Below, one piece after another: positions 1 to 9,295 of a stretch of 64,000 bases of DNA. Every line of letters begins with the position of its first letter. Position 1 is the first letter of the stretch. The notes under the pieces were generated by a model. The model saw nothing but the letters and a program-made list of their open reading frames with translations, was not told the origin of the DNA and ran no database searches. A program made the translations under genes and the position numbers. Origin of the DNA: an uncultured Nitrospiraceae bacterium (lineage in GTDB: Bacteria > Nitrospirota > Nitrospiria > Nitrospirales > Nitrospiraceae); assembly GCA_963846575.1 (NCBI GenBank), contig CAWJWJ010000002.1:1632001-1696000 (forward strand), in the 5' to 3' direction.

Positions 1-1850
1 TCGCCTCCACCAGGCTCATCCTCCTCCACGGCAATGAAGGCGCGGCGGCGGCCGGCGAAGTCATCAGGGCCTTCGGGAATTTCGTCGTCGGGGGAAACTA
101 TACGGTCGGACTGGTGGTCTTCACGATTCTGGTCATCATCAACTTCGTGGTCATCACGAAAGGTGCGGGCCGGGTGGCCGAAGTCGCTGCGCGGTTTACG
201 TTGGATGCGATGCCCGGCAAACAGATGAGCATCGATGCGGACTTGAATGCCGGTTTGATCAACGACAAAGAAGCCCGGCAGCGCCGGAAGGAAGTGGCCC
301 AGGAAGCGGATTTCTATGGAGCCATGGACGGAGCCAGTAAGTTCGTCCGTGGGGATGCCGTGGCGGCCGTGGTCATCACCCTCGTCAATATTCTGGGCGG
401 GTTGACCATCGGCGTGCTGCAGCAGGGCATGAGCATGGCGGCCGCGGCCCAGACCTACACCTTGCTGACGGTGGGCGAAGGCCTCGTGGCGCAGGTGCCC
501 GCATTGATCGTGTCCACCGCAGCCGGTATCGTCATTACCCGGGCCGCCTCCGAAGTGAATCTTGGATTTGAGATCACCCGACAGGTCCTCCTCTCTCCCA
601 AAGCGATCGGGACCGCCTCGGGAATCCTGCTGGCCTTGGGCCTGGTGCCAGGTCTTCCCCATGTGGCGTTCCTGGCTCTGGGCGGCATGACGGGCTGGAT
701 GGCCTATCAGATCAATGAACAGCAGAAGGCCATCGCGACGGCTCCCGCAGAGGCATCACCCCAGGTGAAAGCAGAAGATGCCGGCACGCAGGTGGTCCCT
801 CTCGATCTGATGGAAGTGCAGGTCGGTTACGGCCTCATCAGTCTGGTCGACGGGGGGCAGGGCGGCGCATTGCTCGACCGCATCAAGGGCCTTCGACGCC
901 AGTTCGCCGAACAAATGGGCTTTGTTCTGCCACCGATCCACATCCGGGATAACCTCCAACTCCGCCCGAACGAATATGCGGCCCTGCTCAAGGGAGTGGA
1001 ACTCGCTAAATCGGAAGTGATGCCGGCGCATGTGCTCGCGATCGATCCCGGCACGGCCCAGCGGGGAGTCATCCACGGCCTCCCCACCAAAGAACCGGCG
1101 TTCGGGCTTCCGGCGATCTGGGTACCGGAGCAGGCGCGCGAGCAGGCGCAGATGGCGGGCTACACCGTCGTGGATCCCGGATCGGCCATCGCGACGCATC
1201 TGTCTGAACTCATCAAACGGCATGCGCACGAACTCTTAGGGCGGCAAGAAGTGCAGGGTTTGCTCGATCAGTTGGGGAAAAATCATCCCAAGCTGGTCGA
1301 GGAAGTCATCCCGAACCTGATCCCCTTAGGAACATTGGTCAGAGTTTTGTCACATCTCCTGCGGGAAAGTGTTCCCATCCGTGATCTCCGCAGCATCCTC
1401 GAAACCCTGGCCGACCATGCGGCCACCACCAAGGATCCGGAGATTCTCACGGAAATCGCCCGCCAGGCGCTGGGACGGACCATCACCAAGCAATATCTCG
1501 CGTCGGACGGCTCCCTGCCGATTATCGGCCTTGATCCCCGGTTGGATCGAACGCTCGCCGATCAGGCGAATGCGACGGCCAGCGGGAACCAATGGATGCC
1601 GGATCCGATGGTGGCACAGAAACTGCTCACTGCGTTGAAGGCCGCAGCGGAGCGAATGGTCGGTCGAGGACATCAACCGGTGATTTTGTGCTCACCCTCA
1701 CTGAGACGACATCTGCGAAAACTCACGGACCGCATATTGCATTCCGTTCCGATCTTAGGTCTGAACGAGGTGGAAAGCGTAGTCCGATTGCAGGCGGTGG
1801 AAACGGTGCGGCTCGACATCGAAGTCGCTGAGACCAGGAGCTTGGCATGA
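1..1850 (+). CDS. flhA: Flagellar export gate protein FlhA (5' partial; frame is open from base 3: ASTRLILLHG...)
   Basis: FHIPEP motif RVAEVAARFTLDAMPGKQMSIDADL and FYGAMDGASKFVRGD; followed by flhF-flhG-fliA. Confidence 0.97.
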   Translation, partial: ASTRLILLHGNEGAAAAGEVIRAFGNFVVGGNYTVGLVVFTILVIINFVVITKGAGRVAEVAARFTLDAMPGKQMSIDADLNAGLINDKEARQRRKEVAQEADFYGAMDGASKFVRGDAVAAVVITLVNILGGLTIGVLQQGMSMAAAAQTYTLLTVGEGLVAQVPALIVSTAAGIVITRAASEVNLGFEITRQVLLSPKAIGTASGILLALGLVPGLPHVAFLALGGMTGWMAYQINEQQKAIATAPAEASPQVKAEDAGTQVVPLDLMEVQVGYGLISLVDGGQGGALLDRIKGLRRQFAEQMGFVLPPIHIRDNLQLRPNEYAALLKGVELAKSEVMPAHVLAIDPGTAQRGVIHGLPTKEPAFGLPAIWVPEQAREQAQMAGYTVVDPGSAIATHLSELIKRHAHELLGRQEVQGLLDQLGKNHPKLVEEVIPNLIPLGTLVRVLSHLLRESVPIRDLRSILETLADHAATTKDPEILTEIARQALGRTITKQYLASDGSLPIIGLDPRLDRTLADQANATASGNQWMPDPMVAQKLLTALKAAAERMVGRGHQPVILCSPSLRRHLRKLTDRILHSVPILGLNEVESVVRLQAVETVRLDIEVAETRSLA

Positions 1851-3142
1851 AGGTACGCACATTCCACGTGAAATCGATGCATGAGGCCATTCAGTCCATC
1901 AAGAACACTCTCGGGCCGGATGCGGTCATCTTATCTACCAAACGGGTGCGCTCGTGGGATAACGCGTTCGGTCTGATGGGTGGATCGGTGCTCGAGGTCA
2001 TGGCCGCCATCGAGGATGACGCCGCCATACCCGCGGCAGCTCCGTTGCTGGGTGAAGACGATCGGGCGCTGACGTCCACCTCGCAGGCTCCCTCGCTGCC
2101 GAAGGAGGAATCGCGGTTTCAACAGACTTTACAGGGGGCCATGACCACATCGGTCGAACCGGCGCGAACGACCGCTCGTACGGGACATGCCCGTCCCGCC
2201 ACGATGGGCCTCCATGATTCGCGCCCAACCCCGGTGACAACACGCGGCAGGGGAGACAGTACCGGAGCCATCCATTCCTTTCAGCGCGTGTACGAAGACT
2301 TACTGGCCCAGGGGGTGGAAGCGGCCACGGCGGAAAGTTGCCTCCGCGAATTACAGGAGACGCTGATCGAACCGGGAGCCTCGCAGCGCCATTCCTCCAT
2401 GCAGTTGCTCCGGACGGTGCTGTTGTCGCGTGTGAGCACCGCCGGCCCCTTGCTGAGTACGGGAGGAGAACAGAAGGTTGCGCTCTTCATCGGACCAAGC
2501 GGGGCGGGGAAGACCTCCACCATAGCTAAGCTGGCCACGCAGTACGGAATCGTCGAACAACGGAGTATTGCACTGATCACGATGGATACCTTTCGCCCGG
2601 CGGGGGTGGAACATCTCCGGCTGTATGCGGAGGTATTGGGCATCGACCTCACCGTGGCTCATTCCTGTGACGAGGTTCGCGCGGCCATTGCCCAATCGCG
2701 CGAAGCCGAGCTGATCATGATCGATACGGCAGGTTTCAATCCCTATCAGCCCATCGCGGCTCAACGGTGGCGGGGGTTGGTCACCGGCGATTGCCCGATG
2801 GAGGCGCACCTTGTCCTAACCGCCGGAACCAGAGTACCGGACCTGGTGGTCAGTGCCAGCCAGTGCATGGACGTCCCGTCCTTGCGGTTGTTGTTTACCA
2901 AGCTCGATGAGACGGCGGGATACGGCGGGATATTTGAAGCGGCGCATCGTACGGGAGTGCCACTGTCCTATTGGGGAACCGGGCAACGAGTGCCCGATGA
3001 CCTCGTGCAGGCGCAGGTCGATCGGTTGGGGGACCTGCTGCTCGGAGGACAGGTCAGAACGCCGATGTTGGGCGCGAGTCAGTCATGGGATCGGCAGGGC
3101 ACGCACGCCATCGTGCCCGGGTTCAAAACGCACTCACGATAG
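1847..3142 (+). CDS. flhF: SRP-family GTPase FlhF
   Basis: N-terminal MKVRTF...LGPDAVILS; GPSGAGKT, DTFR, DTAG, TKLDE, GQRVPDD motifs; ATGA overlap with flhA. Confidence 0.93.
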   Translation: MKVRTFHVKSMHEAIQSIKNTLGPDAVILSTKRVRSWDNAFGLMGGSVLEVMAAIEDDAAIPAAAPLLGEDDRALTSTSQAPSLPKEESRFQQTLQGAMTTSVEPARTTARTGHARPATMGLHDSRPTPVTTRGRGDSTGAIHSFQRVYEDLLAQGVEAATAESCLRELQETLIEPGASQRHSSMQLLRTVLLSRVSTAGPLLSTGGEQKVALFIGPSGAGKTSTIAKLATQYGIVEQRSIALITMDTFRPAGVEHLRLYAEVLGIDLTVAHSCDEVRAAIAQSREAELIMIDTAGFNPYQPIAAQRWRGLVTGDCPMEAHLVLTAGTRVPDLVVSASQCMDVPSLRLLFTKLDETAGYGGIFEAAHRTGVPLSYWGTGQRVPDDLVQAQVDRLGDLLLGGQVRTPMLGASQSWDRQGTHAIVPGFKTHSR

Positions 3143-3176
3143 GTCGTAGTTGAACAAGAGGGGAGAGACCATACCG

Positions 3177-4037
3177 ATGCAACCTGGAATTCTGGATCCA
3201 CAGGCAAACATGCCCGATGACAGCATCATGGCCTCCCGAACGCAGGTCATTACGGTCACGAGCGGAAAAGGCGGGGTTGGAAAAACCAACGTGGTGGCGA
3301 ACACCGCCATTGCCTTGGCTCAAACCGGGAAACGCGTGCTCGTGCTCGACGCCGATCTTGGCTTGGGCAATATCGATATCCTGCTCGGTCTGACACCCAA
3401 ATACACCCTGGAGCATGTGCTGGCCAAGACCTGCCGGCTCGAAGACATCGCCCTGACAGGGCCGAACGGCATCGTCGTCTTGCCCGCCAGCACCGGCATT
3501 TCCCAACTGACGGTATTGACCGAAGCTCAGCAGCTCATCCTGCAGGAGGAACTGGAACGGCTGGCCTCCACCATGGATGTCTTGCTGATCGATACGGGAG
3601 CCGGGATTTCTTCGACCGTCACCTACTTCGCAGCGGCGGCTCAATCGATCGTGATCGTGGTGTCACCGGAACCCACGTCGCTCACGGACGCCTACGCCTT
3701 GATGAAAGTCCTCCTGCGCCAGTACCGTGAACGTCGCTTCCATGTCCTCGTCAATATGGTGAAGTCACCGAAGGATGCGGCCCGTGTCTATCGCAAGCTG
3801 GAACTGGCGGTGAGCCGGTTTCTGCATATTTCTCTCGATTACCTGGGGGCGATCCCGCTGGACGATTACGTGCCGATGGCCGTCACCCAGCAGCGGGCCG
3901 TCATCGACCTCTTTCCCAACGCGCCCGCCAGTCGAGCGTTCCGAGAACTCACGGACGCAGTCGCTCAGTTGAGACCCCCGGCACTTCCCAAAGGCACAGT
4001 GCAGTTCCTCTGGCAACAACTCATACGGACGCACTGA
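3177..4037 (+). CDS. flhG: MinD-like ATPase FlhG/FleN (flagellar number regulator)
   Basis: TSGKGGVGKT deviant Walker A, DADLGLGN, PEPTSLTDAYA; sits between flhF and fliA; start uncertain (3150/3177/3210). Confidence 0.92.
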   Translation: MQPGILDPQANMPDDSIMASRTQVITVTSGKGGVGKTNVVANTAIALAQTGKRVLVLDADLGLGNIDILLGLTPKYTLEHVLAKTCRLEDIALTGPNGIVVLPASTGISQLTVLTEAQQLILQEELERLASTMDVLLIDTGAGISSTVTYFAAAAQSIVIVVSPEPTSLTDAYALMKVLLRQYRERRFHVLVNMVKSPKDAARVYRKLELAVSRFLHISLDYLGAIPLDDYVPMAVTQQRAVIDLFPNAPASRAFRELTDAVAQLRPPALPKGTVQFLWQQLIRTH

Positions 4038-4059
4038 CTGAAAGGATCGCACGGATAAC

Positions 4060-4818
4060 ATGGATGTTCACAAAATGCCTGTCGTGAAGAGCGCGCCCCG
4101 CAAAGCCATCGCGGAATCCGATCGCGAACGGGTCATTCAGGAATTCACGCACGTGGTCAAAGCGATGGCCCACCGGTTGGCCTTTCGCCTGCCGGCCTAT
4201 ATGGATGCCGAGGACCTGATGTCCGTCGGGATCATGGGCTTGATGGATGCCATGGACAAGTATGATCCGACCCGCGAGGCCAAGTTCAAGACCTACGCGG
4301 AGTTCAGGATCCGCGGCGCCATGCTGGACGAAATCCGTTCGATGGATTGGATCCCGCGCTCGGTGCACGAACGGATCACGCTGCTTCAGAAAACCTATTC
4401 GGAGCTGTTGCATCGTTTAGGGCGCCCGCCGACGGATCAGGAAGTGGGCAAGGAACTCCACATGTCGGCGGAGGAACTGGATGAATTTCTGACCCGCTCC
4501 CGAGGAGCGGTCGTCATCAGTATCGATGATCTCGGGGTGCAGGATACCGACGGGCACAAGATCATCAGCGTGCTCACCGATTCCAATCAACCGGATCCGC
4601 TGTCCGTGCTGGTCAGCGAACGCGCGCGACACGTGCTGGAATCGGCGATCCACGAATTGCCCGAGAAGGAACGGACGGTACTCTCCCTGTATTATTTCGA
4701 AGAACTCACCATGAAGGAAATCGGGCAAGCGCTCAAGGTGACGGAATCGCGCGTCTGCCAGATACATTCGAAAGCCATCCTCCATCTAAAAGCGCGGCTG
4801 GAGCCGGTCGACGCCTAG
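4060..4818 (+). CDS. fliA: Flagellar sigma factor sigma28 (FliA/WhiG family)
   Basis: FKTYAEFRIRGAMLDEIRSMDWIPRS and LYYFEELTMKEIG...TESRVCQIH. Confidence 0.96.
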   Translation: MDVHKMPVVKSAPRKAIAESDRERVIQEFTHVVKAMAHRLAFRLPAYMDAEDLMSVGIMGLMDAMDKYDPTREAKFKTYAEFRIRGAMLDEIRSMDWIPRSVHERITLLQKTYSELLHRLGRPPTDQEVGKELHMSAEELDEFLTRSRGAVVISIDDLGVQDTDGHKIISVLTDSNQPDPLSVLVSERARHVLESAIHELPEKERTVLSLYYFEELTMKEIGQALKVTESRVCQIHSKAILHLKARLEPVDA

Positions 4819-4922
4819 GCTCGGCGCGCTGGATGCCACTACAGGATAACTCAGGATAGCTGTCGTTGGTGGCCATTGGTGACCATCCACAGCTTCCACA
4901 CCCTCGAGCACGGGTTCCATAC

Positions 4923-4950
4923 TTCAGTTTCCTGCCTCCGGCTCCGATAT
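4923..4950 (+). promoter_or_regulatory. Candidate sigma28 promoter for the degenerate GGDEF gene
   Basis: TTCAGTTT-N12-TCCGATAT; same spacing as the flgM and fliC promoters. Confidence 0.5.
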
Positions 4951-4996
4951 CACCCTAGCCCCGGACAGCCAACCATCATCACTTTATTCTAGATGT

Positions 4997-5866
4997 ATGA
5001 CGGCACCACACCTCGATCCATCAGGTTCACAAGGATTTCACGGGCCGGAATCGGGGCGATCGTCGTCCCCCTTTACTAGCGAAGGCGGCTTTGATACGGC
5101 CCGGCTCGGTGTGTTGGCCTGTATCCTCTTCATGGCCGGCGGCCTCTACTGGACCGCGTCGGTCGGCCTCCTGACCCTTTCGGCCTTGAAGGCGTATCCC
5201 GTCATGATCGCGGCGGGAGGCGCGGCCATCGCCGTCATTGTCCTGGGCACCACGTTCTGGACTTCGAGGAGCCCAGCCCCGGGCGCTATCGCGCAGTTTC
5301 CCGCGGCAGACTTACACAGCCCTTGCACGAGTACCTACGATTCGGTCACCGGCTTACCGACCACCCGTCTCTTCACTTCACTCCTGACTCAGGCCTTGGA
5401 AAGAACCCGCAACAAGACCCATCAGGTCGCAGTCCTCCTCGTCGAGATGGATCACTTCACCTTGACGGCCGACTTGGACGCATTGGTCAATCGAAACCTG
5501 GTGTACCGCGTGCAGGCGGCCCGGATCAAAAGCGCTCTCCGGACCACTGATTGCGTTGCCCGGGTGGCCGAGCGCACATTCGCCGTGATTGTGGATCATG
5601 TGACGCGCCATGAAGAGGTCGTCACGGCGGCGAACAAGATGCTGGCCGCCCTGTCCTTACCGTTCATCCTCGACAGTCACGAAGTCTTCCTCACCAGTCG
5701 TATCGGCATCAGTCTTTCCACTTTTGAGCATAGCGAAGGGGCGGCTCTGATCAAGTCGGCAACCAGGGCGCTTGCCACCGCCCGCGCCGAAGGTTGCGCG
5801 TTCTACGGTCTTCAGGGCGCTCTCGTGCCCCATCAACCCCAGTCCTCCGGCACGCTCGCAGCGTAA
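4997..5866 (+). CDS. Membrane protein with degenerate GGDEF domain (A-site AERTF, I-site RTTD intact)
   Basis: Two hydrophobic N-terminal segments; YDSVTGLPT, LLVEMDHF, RTTDCVARVAERTF, SRIGIS. Confidence 0.8.
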   Translation: MTAPHLDPSGSQGFHGPESGRSSSPFTSEGGFDTARLGVLACILFMAGGLYWTASVGLLTLSALKAYPVMIAAGGAAIAVIVLGTTFWTSRSPAPGAIAQFPAADLHSPCTSTYDSVTGLPTTRLFTSLLTQALERTRNKTHQVAVLLVEMDHFTLTADLDALVNRNLVYRVQAARIKSALRTTDCVARVAERTFAVIVDHVTRHEEVVTAANKMLAALSLPFILDSHEVFLTSRIGISLSTFEHSEGAALIKSATRALATARAEGCAFYGLQGALVPHQPQSSGTLAA

Positions 5867-6087
5867 TCTCTTCTCCATCTCCCCGGTCCTCATCCGCACT
5901 AGGCAGGAGTTTCCCCTGTGCGAGGCAAAGACTTCCTCCTCTCCGCGCAGGCGCCGCTACCTCGATAGGGGCCGGTGTCTGTCATCACTGAGTCGACCTA
6001 CAACCGCGACGAGCATGTACCGGCAATCATGAAGGATTTGTCATCGATCCTGTAGCGGGTGCATCGCGCGCGGCGAGAAGGAGAGGA

Positions 6088-6103
6088 TGGCACGTCGATT
6101 GCT
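6088..6103 (+). promoter_or_regulatory. sigma54 -24/-12 promoter for flgFGAHIJ
   Basis: TGGCAC-GTCGA-TTGCT, an exact TGGCAC-N5-TTGC match ending ~43 nt upstream of the flgF ATG. Confidence 0.85.
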
Positions 6104-6146
6104 AGTCCCCCAGTAGCACATCAGAAACGGTCGGAACGCCTACACC

Positions 6147-6917
6147 ATGAATCGAGCCATTTATCCCATACTCTCCGGCGCGGTGGCGCAAGAAAAACAA
6201 CTCCAGGTGTTCGCCAACAATTTGGCGAACGTCAATACGGCAGGATTCAAACAGGATCAACAGGGCTTCCGCGGGTTTTTCGCTCGAGCCACGTCCACAG
6301 TCCCCGGCAGTACGTCCGGCAATGGCCTGGCGTCGATGATTGCCGTCCGGCCGGCCGGCCCGACGGAGCGCGTGTTCGCCGAGTCGAACATTGTGCGGAC
6401 CGCCTTCGAACCGGGACGGATTCGCATTACCGGCAACCCGCTCGATGTCGCCATACAGGGGAATGGCTTTTTTGAGGTGAAGACCGCCGATGGCGTGCGT
6501 TACACGCGTAACGGCATATTTTCACTCGATAACCAGCGACGCCTGGTCACCAACCAGGGGCAGCCGGTGATGGGTCGCCAGGGTGAGATCAAAGTGCCGC
6601 CCGGCAACATTCAAATCAATTCCGAGGGCGGCATCCAGGTTGAGGGCATCCCCATCGGCACCATTAAAGTGGTGGAGTTTCAGGAAAACCACATGCCGCG
6701 GAAGTTTGCTGAAGGGTTGTTCGTCGGCGGGACGCCGACGGTCGCACTGAAACCTCAGGTGCAGTCTGGACACATCGAAGAATCGAACGTCAATTCCCTC
6801 AGCGAGATGGTGCAGATGATGCAAGGCATGCGCAGTTATGAGTCGGCGCAAAAACTGATTCAGACACTGGACCATATGACGGAGACGGCGATACAGGACC
6901 TGGGCCGGGTGCAATAG
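6147..6917 (+). CDS. flgF: Flagellar basal-body rod protein FlgF
   Basis: ANNLANVNTAGFK, TGNPLDVAIQGNGFF, YTRNG, EESNVN; precedes flgG. Confidence 0.92.
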   Translation: MNRAIYPILSGAVAQEKQLQVFANNLANVNTAGFKQDQQGFRGFFARATSTVPGSTSGNGLASMIAVRPAGPTERVFAESNIVRTAFEPGRIRITGNPLDVAIQGNGFFEVKTADGVRYTRNGIFSLDNQRRLVTNQGQPVMGRQGEIKVPPGNIQINSEGGIQVEGIPIGTIKVVEFQENHMPRKFAEGLFVGGTPTVALKPQVQSGHIEESNVNSLSEMVQMMQGMRSYESAQKLIQTLDHMTETAIQDLGRVQ

Positions 6918-6926
6918 GAGGAATCT

Positions 6927-7718
6927 ATGATTCGCGCAATGTGGACGGCGGCGACGGGCATGACGGCCCAACAACTGAACGTGGACACCATCGCCAACAA
7001 TCTGGCGAACGTCAACACGAACGCGTTCAAGCGCAGCCGGGCGGAATTCGGAGACCTTCTGTATCAGATTCAACGACTGCCGGGAACGAACTCTTCGAAC
7101 GTGGGCGTGTTTCCCGTCGGCGTGCAGGTCGGAGGCGGTGTCCGGCCCATCACCGTCGCCAAGGAATGGATGCAGGGCAACATGCGGCAGACGAGCAACG
7201 ATCTCGATCTGGCCATCGACGGCGCCGGATTCTTCCAGGTGACCAGACCGGACGGCACGATCATGTATACCCGCAACGGATCGTTCAAGCGCGATAACGT
7301 CGGCAATCTCGTCACCGGCGACGGGGACCAGCTCAATCCGGTGATCACGATCCCCTCCGGCGCGCTCAAAATCGATATCGCCCAGGACGGCACCGTGTCC
7401 GTCCTCCTCCCCGGTGTGACCCAGGCCTCGCAGGTCGGACAGATTCAACTCGTACGCTTCGATAATCCTTCAGGATTGGTCGCGATGGGTAGCAATCTCT
7501 TCCTCGACAGCTTTGCCTCTGGACCGGCGCAACAAGGCACCGGTGGATTTTCAACCGGTTTCGGAACGCTCCAACAGGGATTCCTGGAAAGCTCCAACGT
7601 GAACCTGGCCGAAGAGATGGTCAATATGATCATCGCCCAGCGGAGTTATGAAATTAATTCGAAGACGATCCAGGCATCCGATGAAATGATGCAAATTGCC
7701 AACAACCTGCGGCGGTAA
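6927..7718 (+). CDS. flgG: Distal rod protein FlgG
   Basis: MIRAMWTAATGM, FKRSRAEFGDLLYQ, LESSNVNLAEEMVNMIIAQRSYEINSK. Confidence 0.96.
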   Translation: MIRAMWTAATGMTAQQLNVDTIANNLANVNTNAFKRSRAEFGDLLYQIQRLPGTNSSNVGVFPVGVQVGGGVRPITVAKEWMQGNMRQTSNDLDLAIDGAGFFQVTRPDGTIMYTRNGSFKRDNVGNLVTGDGDQLNPVITIPSGALKIDIAQDGTVSVLLPGVTQASQVGQIQLVRFDNPSGLVAMGSNLFLDSFASGPAQQGTGGFSTGFGTLQQGFLESSNVNLAEEMVNMIIAQRSYEINSKTIQASDEMMQIANNLRR

Positions 7719-7751
7719 TCGGGCCCGGATGATCAACCAAGGAAGCGACCA

Positions 7752-8549
7752 GTGATACAAGCTACCCTCATGTTCGTCGCGACGGTCAGCATACTGACGG
7801 GCGCGCTCCTGCCGGCCGGGGGAGGGGAGTCCCTTCATGCCCAGCCGGTGATCAAAATCCACGAGACCTCGTCCCGAAGCGGCCACCAGGGCCGTGCCCT
7901 ACGCGCCAAACGGCTAATCTATCCGGAACAGGTTCGCACGGCCATTCATGGGTTCGTGATGCGGGAGCTCGCCGGCAGAGCCGTGGACTGCCAGGTGGCC
8001 CTCGGCGAACCCCAACAACCGATTGCCGTGCCGACCGGAACTCTCGATCTACAAGTCAGTGCCTCTCGGTCGGACGAGCCGCTCGGTCGCCGGGTGTTTC
8101 AAATTCATCTGGCGGTAGACGGACATTTCGTGAAGACGGTGGATGCGACGGCCGATGTCGCCGCCGTCCTGGAAGTGGTCGTGCCGGTGAGGCCCATCAA
8201 GATGGACGAGCAGATTGAAAGCGACGATGTGACCACCGAGCGCCTCGTGCAGTTCGATCTCAAGCAGCCCTACGTAACCAATCCCGCCGATGTGATCGGC
8301 AAAGCGGCCATTCGACCGCTGCCGGCCCAAAACGCGATACGGTTCACGGCGGTGCGGCGCCCTTATGCGGTGCACAAGGGCGATCGGGTCACCATCGAGG
8401 CTCGCCAGGGGAATCTTTCGATCCAGACCGTCGGCATCACAAAATCTCACGGTGAAATGGGCCAAACCATCATCGTCTCCAACGTGGACTCCGGCAAGGA
8501 ATTGCGGGCGACGGTCGTAGCCCCGGGGGTGGTCCGTGTCAGTTTCTAA
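7752..8549 (+). CDS. flgA: P-ring formation chaperone FlgA
   Basis: Signal peptide, SAF-like region, C-terminal VHKGDRVTI...G.MGQTI.V.NVDSGK; lies between flgG and flgH. Confidence 0.85.
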   Translation: MIQATLMFVATVSILTGALLPAGGGESLHAQPVIKIHETSSRSGHQGRALRAKRLIYPEQVRTAIHGFVMRELAGRAVDCQVALGEPQQPIAVPTGTLDLQVSASRSDEPLGRRVFQIHLAVDGHFVKTVDATADVAAVLEVVVPVRPIKMDEQIESDDVTTERLVQFDLKQPYVTNPADVIGKAAIRPLPAQNAIRFTAVRRPYAVHKGDRVTIEARQGNLSIQTVGITKSHGEMGQTIIVSNVDSGKELRATVVAPGVVRVSF

Positions 8550-9252
8550 TCGTCGGATACCTCGAAAGCCCCAGGTCCGATTCGGATGGTGCTGCCTCCT
8601 GCTCTGTGTGATCACCGGCTGCTCCGCCTCGCCGAGCACGAAGCAGCAAAAGGTGGAAACCGCCAAACTTCCGCCGCCGAAGACCATGGGGTCGCTGTGG
8701 CAGGAAGAAAACGGCCGGGCCTATCTGTACGAAGATCTTCGCGCCATGCGCATCGGAGACATCATCACCATTTCGATCGTCGAAAAACATAAGGGCTCGA
8801 AGAGCGCCGATACCAGCGCGGAAAAAGACTCCACCGTCTCGAACAGCCTGGCCGGCACCGGAGTCGGCTATCTCGGCATTCCGGGGATCCGGTTGGGTGG
8901 TGAAGCCAGACGCGGATTCGGTATCGACGCCAGCGCCAAAAACAAATTCGGTGGCAAGGGGGCGACGAATCGCGAAGACACGTTGACCGGCACCATCTCC
9001 GCCATTGTCACGGAAGTGCTGCCGAACGGCGATTTGCGAATCGAGGGGCGGCGGGAGGTGACGGTCAACTCGGAACGTCAAATCATGACGATCGGGGGCA
9101 TCGTCCGTCGCGTCGACGTCAATACGAAAAACACCGTGCAGTCGAGTGCCATTGCGGATGCCAAAATCGAATATTCCGGGCTCGGGGTCGTGGACGACGT
9201 CCAGCGTCCGGGCTGGTTCGTCCGGGTCTTGGATTGGGTCTATCCCTTCTGA
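8536..9252 (+). CDS. flgH: L-ring lipoprotein FlgH
   Basis: Lipobox ITGC; LYEDLRAMRIGDIITI, VLPNGDLRIEG, PGWF...PF. Confidence 0.93.
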   Translation: MSVSNRRIPRKPQVRFGWCCLLLCVITGCSASPSTKQQKVETAKLPPPKTMGSLWQEENGRAYLYEDLRAMRIGDIITISIVEKHKGSKSADTSAEKDSTVSNSLAGTGVGYLGIPGIRLGGEARRGFGIDASAKNKFGGKGATNREDTLTGTISAIVTEVLPNGDLRIEGRREVTVNSERQIMTIGGIVRRVDVNTKNTVQSSAIADAKIEYSGLGVVDDVQRPGWFVRVLDWVYPF

Positions 9253-9295
9253 TCGCACAACCATCGGGAGCAGAGAGGCGGAGACAGGAGTCGTC

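Noticed and set aside
5980..6045. TGTCATC direct repeat upstream of the sigma54 promoter as an activator site
   Set aside because: Only 7 bp and not palindromic; cannot be distinguished from chance
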